This document shows, in pieces, positions 59,238-64,000 of a stretch of DNA of 64,000 nt. How positions within the stretch are numbered: position 1 is the stretch's first letter; the number at the start of each line of letters is the position of its first letter. Position numbers and translations under genes: made by a program. A model generated the notes under the pieces. That model did no database searches and was not told the DNA's origin. It saw only the letters and a list, made by a program, of their open reading frames with translations. The stretch is from a phage. The DNA lies in assembly GCA_027262695.1 (NCBI GenBank), contig GCA_027262695.1_4722.1. One strand, written 5' to 3'.

Positions 59238-59672
59238 TTATGTTTTAATATGCACATCGTCAATCCCCTCGGTAATCCAGCCGATGGGAAGGACAATCGT
59301 TGTTATCGTGTTATGGGTGTAAGGATTAAGAAAATGGAAATAGTAATTTGTGTTAGATTGTTCGATGCGTAGGTCGAGCTGTGCGTCTTCAGGTAACCGT
59401 AACCAGGCACCGTACAGTTCATTAAACTTACGCTGAATTTTACCTGGGTTCATTGGAACCCCACGACCACGTTGATGTAGCTGACGTAATGATTCAATCA
59501 AACACTCAGAGATACCCGTTGTCGTTCCGTTATCGCTTGTATCGACAACGATGAACTCTCGTGACCCACGACCAAGATAAAAACCAGCAACAAAAGCTGC
59601 AGCAACAAAAAATATCGTACCGATACCAATATACCAATAGTAAGTATCCATAACGGCCTCACTTATACCCAA
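59238..59672 (-). CDS. hypothetical membrane protein (N-terminal TM helix)
   Basis: 144 aa; N-terminal YYWYIGIGTIFFVAAAFVAGFYLG hydrophobic segment. Confidence 0.55.
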   Translation of the reverse strand: MGISEAVMDTYYWYIGIGTIFFVAAAFVAGFYLGRGSREFIVVDTSDNGTTTGISECLIESLRQLHQRGRGVPMNPGKIQRKFNELYGAWLRLPEDAQLDLRIEQSNTNYYFHFLNPYTHNTITTIVLPIGWITEGIDDVHIKT

Positions 59673-60190
59673 TAGTCGGCAAGCGGTTTCACCTTATTAA
59701 CGGGTAATTGTACTTTACCGATATTCTCTACATCTGCATCCGCGTAGAGAACAATTTTATCATTGTCTCTTTCCCAACGAATAATAAATCGACCAGGAAG
59801 AAGATTACCCTGTTCAAGAGACGCAGTAACCTGCTGCGTTAACACCGACAACCAAGCAGGCATCAGTGTTGCAATATCTAAGTCATTTGACCATTCAGCA
59901 CGTTGCTCCACAGGGCGTAACATCCGTTGGATGGTGCGTTGAACCGTCGCAGTGATATAGCCTTTATCTTCATCACTGATCGGATCCGGACGAGACACAA
60001 AACGTTCAGTAGGCTTGTGGGTAATATGTTCATGCAATTCGATGAGTGGTGTTGTCATAGTACTCGCTCCGTCAGAATGTAATTGGGTAACCCGCAGGGT
60101 TGTCTGCATGGTATTCAGAAGCGCAAAAGCGCCATAAACAACAACGACACTAAGTACAACCAAAACAGAAATCATTAACGTATATTGCAT
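59663..60190 (-). CDS. hypothetical membrane protein (N-terminal TM helix)
   Basis: ORF 59663..60238 trimmed to Met 17 (MQYTLMISVLVVLSVVVVYGAF) with a GAGGAG RBS. Confidence 0.5.
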   Translation of the reverse strand: MQYTLMISVLVVLSVVVVYGAFALLNTMQTTLRVTQLHSDGASTMTTPLIELHEHITHKPTERFVSRPDPISDEDKGYITATVQRTIQRMLRPVEQRAEWSNDLDIATLMPAWLSVLTQQVTASLEQGNLLPGRFIIRWERDNDKIVLYADADVENIGKVQLPVNKVKPLADYWV

Positions 60191-60291
60191 TGATATCTCC
60201 TCTTCATACGCATCTTGAAGATTAGTTAAAATCAACAAAAGAAAAAACGATATAAAGCAAGGTCCTCTGATATCAGAGGACCTTGGATCAA

Positions 60292-60948
60292 TTAGCTTGC
60301 AGCTTCTTCATTTGTTTCAGGTTTGCTTCCCCCTAACAAACCGTCGAACAGACCCGTATGTTTCAGGTAGAAGAGAGCGATAGCGCCCATTGCTGCTGCG
60401 CTCGTCGCCGTTAATGCAACCCCTGCACGATACTGCCATTTACGGTCAGGCTTTTGATCAAGCGCCATACGACGCATGTATTCAGCCTCTGCTTCATTCC
60501 GATGAATTTCGGATTCGGCCAAGCGGGCTAAGGTATCGCGGTCAAGGTTATCATAACGTGCGTTCATGGTGGTTTCCTCTTGTTTGGAAGTTGATTGCTT
60601 GGTAGATTCTTGGTCAACAGTCGTTTCGGTTGGTTCAAACGGCTGGTTGTTCATTTTCTGATCTTTATTGGACATGATAGGCTCCTTCGATTTTTGAGAC
60701 GAAATTGATTTAAACCATCGTGGATGGCGGTATTCGGTTTTACATGTGCAGTTAAGTTTCTCGTGCAGGAAAGCGTAAAAACGTTTTGCGCCTACACGTA
60801 AGGCTTTCAGCATTACCCATCCACGAGCACTCAAACGGTGTAGCTGTTGCGGTATGTCGAGTTTCCTAGCCAAGCGAAAGTATCTTTCAATCACTTCGAT
60901 AGGAAACCATTGTTGTTCCACATCGGTGAGACTGAAAGTCTTATCCAT
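60292..60948 (-). CDS. hypothetical protein with C-terminal hydrophobic segment; strong internal in-frame start at 60675
   Basis: ORF track, 218 aa; internal MSNKDQ start has a GAAGGAGC RBS; C-terminal ALTATSAAAMGAIALFYL is TM-like. Confidence 0.5.
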   Translation of the reverse strand: MDKTFSLTDVEQQWFPIEVIERYFRLARKLDIPQQLHRLSARGWVMLKALRVGAKRFYAFLHEKLNCTCKTEYRHPRWFKSISSQKSKEPIMSNKDQKMNNQPFEPTETTVDQESTKQSTSKQEETTMNARYDNLDRDTLARLAESEIHRNEAEAEYMRRMALDQKPDRKWQYRAGVALTATSAAAMGAIALFYLKHTGLFDGLLGGSKPETNEEAAS

Positions 60949-61098
60949 GATTGAAATCTCGCTGGCTTACTTCACTTAAGTAATATAGCCGTGAAAAATG
61001 TTGGATTAAGTTAAATACCGCAACCGCAGCTAATTTTATAGGCTTTTAGCCTAAACCAATCATCTTCGGAATCATCATCTTTGAAACAGGAATCTATC

Positions 61099-61920
61099 AT
61101 GGAAAAAGTATTTGTTTGTAAGTTGTTTACCAACGGCAATAGCCAACCAATGTATCTGACCGATCCTGTTCTAGGTAATCGGAACAGTACCGTATTCAAA
61201 GAGGCTTTCGAATACGCTAAAAATAAAGCCGTGAGAACACTGACGTCTGATGACTGTATCGACGGTATCACGTGGGCAGAGTTAATCGGTGATGCCGTTC
61301 GACACTTCGTTCGGGATGCGAGAAAACGGGAAATCTGTCTCACGACTATTGTTGTGCGTGAAAACGCAGAAATTTTATCAAACGTTTTGGTTGATTTTAA
61401 TGACGTTTGCGTGTTTAATCCAGAGAACACGTTTGAACAATACCTTACTGCCCTGAACAACCAGCTCGGTAAAGATATTCATCCCGAATTCGCCAAGTTA
61501 ACGTATCAAGTGCTTTTTAACGACGTCGATCCAAACACAAAGATCAACACCAGCTTATCGCCCCTGGTAAAGAAATACGGATCGGTTCTTGCTACGGCAA
61601 CACCCACCACCGATGGCGGTTATGATATCGAATTGGATGGTCCATTAAAAGAACAAGAACCTACTGGGATTCGGGCGGTACATCACAACCTCGTCGTTAA
61701 ATCTGATGGATGCGATGAACATTACGCTATGATAAACGATGAAAACAATTACCGTTTAAGTCAAGCGATTGGTGTTCTACGCTATACCGAACCCACTGTT
61801 GTAGACGATTATACATCGACAACAACACACACCACGTGTTTCATTTTCATCTATCCCAATGAAAGTGTATACATTACCGACTGCTATGGCAATACCGTAG
61901 ATAGCTTACGTCGTTATTAA
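61099..61920 (+). CDS. hypothetical protein
   Basis: ORF 61081..61920 (TTG start in track) trimmed to the first ATG (MEKVFVCK). Confidence 0.55.
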   Translation: MEKVFVCKLFTNGNSQPMYLTDPVLGNRNSTVFKEAFEYAKNKAVRTLTSDDCIDGITWAELIGDAVRHFVRDARKREICLTTIVVRENAEILSNVLVDFNDVCVFNPENTFEQYLTALNNQLGKDIHPEFAKLTYQVLFNDVDPNTKINTSLSPLVKKYGSVLATATPTTDGGYDIELDGPLKEQEPTGIRAVHHNLVVKSDGCDEHYAMINDENNYRLSQAIGVLRYTEPTVVDDYTSTTTHTTCFIFIYPNESVYITDCYGNTVDSLRRY

Positions 61921-61926
61921 TCATCA

Positions 61927-61952
61927 AGCCTGTCCTTCGGGGCAGGCTTTTA
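61927..61952 (+). terminator. rho-independent terminator, UUCG-loop hairpin plus T4, followed by ATGCCGTTAAA
   Basis: AGCCTGTCC-TTCG-GGGCAGGCT then TTTTATGCCG; identical to the reverse complement of the 3000..3028 region. Confidence 0.65.
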
Positions 61953-62019
61953 TGCCGTTAAATAACTGGAATAAGAATTAACAAAATAGGAAAATGGTGT
62001 GAATATAACACAAAGGAGG

Positions 62020-62136
62020 GAGATGATTATGTTACTCATTCTAATGGAGAGAGCATTGCTGGCGGGTATCTGCGCATTCTCTGTTAAACACGCTGTTACT
62101 ATCATGACTGAAGAAAGGCGTAATACGCATAATGTA
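62020..62136 (+). CDS. candidate small hydrophobic peptide (38 aa)
   Basis: AAAGGAGGGAG RBS 8 nt before the ATG at 62020; MLLILMERALLAGICAFSVKHAVTIMTEERRNTHNVLR; below the ORF-track size cutoff; stop lies within a CGTAATAC/GTATTACG palindrome. Confidence 0.3.
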
Positions 62137-62255
62137 TTACGCTGAAAACAATGTCTGCATTAGTGTATGACGAGAAATCGTCGAGGCCCCCGTCTTCACG
62201 AGGGCCAACACCTATGCATGATTATTCATCGTCTGTTAAACAAAAGGTTATAAAC

Positions 62256-62564
62256 ATGAGCAATTTGAACGTTGAATTTACTTCAACAACGCCTGTCATG
62301 AATGGTGTTGGCACTGAAACCAAAATCGTATTAGAACCCATTCCAGGGTTACGCGATCTCGGTGATTTTTATCAACTGATGCCGCGTATACGGAAGGCCT
62401 TAAACAGTATCGATCTTGATTCTAATAAAGATTTCCAACACGATACAGAAAATACCGATCATGTATTGCTGCCATCAGGGATCGCAAAATTCACCTACAC
62501 GCAAACATTGAAAGCCTCCGATGGTGAAATCCGTCGTTTTATCGTTGAAGTAGAAAGCGCATAA
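62256..62564 (+). CDS. hypothetical protein
   Basis: ORF 62151..62564 trimmed to Met 36 (MSNLNVE) with an AAAGG RBS; the upstream part may be 5' leader. Confidence 0.45.
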   Translation: MSNLNVEFTSTTPVMNGVGTETKIVLEPIPGLRDLGDFYQLMPRIRKALNSIDLDSNKDFQHDTENTDHVLLPSGIAKFTYTQTLKASDGEIRRFIVEVESA

Positions 62565-62568
62565 AAAC

Positions 62569-62600
62569 CATCCTCCCGACCCGTAAGGGAAGGGAGGATG
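62569..62600 (+). terminator. terminator-family hairpin CATCCTCCCGACCC-GTAA-GGGAAGGGAGGATG followed by AAATATGCCGTTAAACG
   Basis: Same CCCGTAAGGGAAGG core as the 45571 and 58419 elements; lies between convergent genes. Confidence 0.45.
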
Positions 62601-62617
62601 AAATATGCCGTTAAACG

Positions 62618-63259
62618 TTATTCAACAAACCCTGCATTCAACAGATTGTCGTAAACACGATTAGCGACATCAACAGGAGAATGTGTGTTACTGGTATCTA
62701 TACGCAGCGTTTTCGCGTCGCCGAGATAGTCCATAAAATCCATGTAACGATAACGTCGTTTATTGAATGTCGCTTCATCGATGTTATCAAACATCTGATG
62801 TTTAGCGTGACGAACACGGAACCGCCTTAAATACGTAGGATAGTCGATATCCAGATAAACATAGTAAGACGGCATGATAATCGACGGTAGGTTCGGCAAC
62901 AATGCGTCAAACAACTTAACGTTGGCATCATTAACCTGATAAACATACGTCGAAGCAATCGAACGATCGCTAAGCACAGTCTTCCCTTCGTTAAGGGCTG
63001 GATGAATCACCTTGTTGAAGAGATGATTACGTTGCGACATCATCGCCAATAGTTCAGTTTCTGGATCGAATCTGTTCGTTGGTGTCTGATCTTCCAGGAT
63101 AAGTTTACGAATGGCTTCTCCGTAGAGCGTACCACCGGGTTCACGTACGACACAGACGTTGTTTAAACGACTGTGTAAAGACGAGATAACCGAACTCTTT
63201 CCTGAATAATCCAGACCTTCAATAACGATATATTTATTACGAGACATTCCCCGCTCCAA
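62618..63259 (-). CDS. tmk: thymidylate kinase (dTMP kinase)
   Basis: 213 aa; KYIVIEGLDYSGKSS P-loop, REPGGT, DRSIASTYVYQ match E. coli Tmk KYIVIEGLEGAGKTT, REPGGT, DRHDLSTQAYQ as recalled. Confidence 0.85.
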   Translation of the reverse strand: MERGMSRNKYIVIEGLDYSGKSSVISSLHSRLNNVCVVREPGGTLYGEAIRKLILEDQTPTNRFDPETELLAMMSQRNHLFNKVIHPALNEGKTVLSDRSIASTYVYQVNDANVKLFDALLPNLPSIIMPSYYVYLDIDYPTYLRRFRVRHAKHQMFDNIDEATFNKRRYRYMDFMDYLGDAKTLRIDTSNTHSPVDVANRVYDNLLNAGFVE

Positions 63260-63263
63260 TTAA

Positions 63264-63983
63264 CTACTTCGTTTTCGCCGTTATCGGCTGCGATACTGTA
63301 ATCTCGACCCGATCGACATCGGTACGTTTAACGATGATAAGGCTGCGTTCATCACCGAATGGTTCTGAGATCTTACAAGCCTCTTTAAGATTTTCGAGAA
63401 TCGTGCCATGGGGTTCAAACACCGCAAAACCGGAACTAGCGTCGATTCTTATTAAATATACACGCACATTGTTTACGGTAATGGTGTCATCCGTCTTGAA
63501 CCCACAGCAGGAGGGTAGACAGAACTGACCATTAACGCAATTAGCTAAGTATGCCTCACCACCGAACATTTCTATTAACGTCACCGGTTTAAATGTTTTC
63601 TCTGGGAAAGCATTATTAAGAATATCGTTTCCATTCACAAACCAGATCGTTACTTTATCTTCGGAATACGCTAGTCTGTATGGTTGGGTTGCGGACGCCT
63701 GCGCTTTATGCTGGTTAAATAACTTTGATTTTGTCGCAATCACAGCACGACCTTGGGCGTCAAAGTACAGAACTTCATACCCAACACATCCGATAAACAC
63801 GCGACGGTTATTAAGTTCCGGAATTCTGACTACTAACGCATTACCATCTTCCGTCGGTGTAATACCACGTAGGATGATAGATTCGTTGTTCAATGTTGAG
63901 TTGCTCACGATGACGCTTCGCATTACCGCTGGCGACACTATTTCATCTGCTGCAGGTTCAAGTTGCTCAGCTGTTACAGTCAC
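63264..63983 (-). CDS. hypothetical protein (GTG start as listed)
   Basis: ORF track, 239 aa; first codon is GTG with an AGGAAG RBS about 9 nt upstream. Confidence 0.5.
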   Translation of the reverse strand: MTVTAEQLEPAADEIVSPAVMRSVIVSNSTLNNESIILRGITPTEDGNALVVRIPELNNRRVFIGCVGYEVLYFDAQGRAVIATKSKLFNQHKAQASATQPYRLAYSEDKVTIWFVNGNDILNNAFPEKTFKPVTLIEMFGGEAYLANCVNGQFCLPSCCGFKTDDTITVNNVRVYLIRIDASSGFAVFEPHGTILENLKEACKISEPFGDERSLIIVKRTDVDRVEITVSQPITAKTK

Positions 63984-64000
63984 GGATCTGTCTTCCTTTT

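Noticed and set aside
1-64000. tRNA genes, which are common in jumbo phages
   Set aside because: No intergenic region showed a GGTTCGAATCC-type T-arm or a ~75-nt cloverleaf by eye; would need tRNAscan-SE to exclude.

Overview
This window reads as a segment of a jumbo, phiKZ-like (nucleus-forming) bacteriophage genome, not a bacterial chromosome. It is densely packed with mostly minus-strand genes, has no rRNA, tRNA or CRISPR, and most products have no assignable function. Recognisable genes are a tubulin/FtsZ-like PhuZ candidate (3256..4236), a terminase large subunit (11954..14185), a probable tail sheath and tube pair (19640..22624), split multisubunit RNA polymerase beta-prime and beta genes (29551..36518), a 2240-aa giant virion protein with a GH19 lysozyme-like domain (36692..43363), an RNase HI-domain fusion protein, a RecA-fold candidate, DUF488 and DUF2493 proteins, and thymidylate kinase (62618..63259). 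The main finding is that both RNAP genes appear to be interrupted by ORF-less group I introns on the minus strand; each has the conserved R and S core elements and a compensatory base-pair change between the two copies, and the beta-prime intron sits just upstream of the catalytic FDGD motif. A second finding is a family of exact-repeat GC-rich terminator hairpins (GNRA or UUCG loops), most followed by a conserved TATGCCG box. All calls come from reading the sequence and ORF translations against remembered family motifs; no database search or computation was run, and splice junctions and several start codons are approximate.
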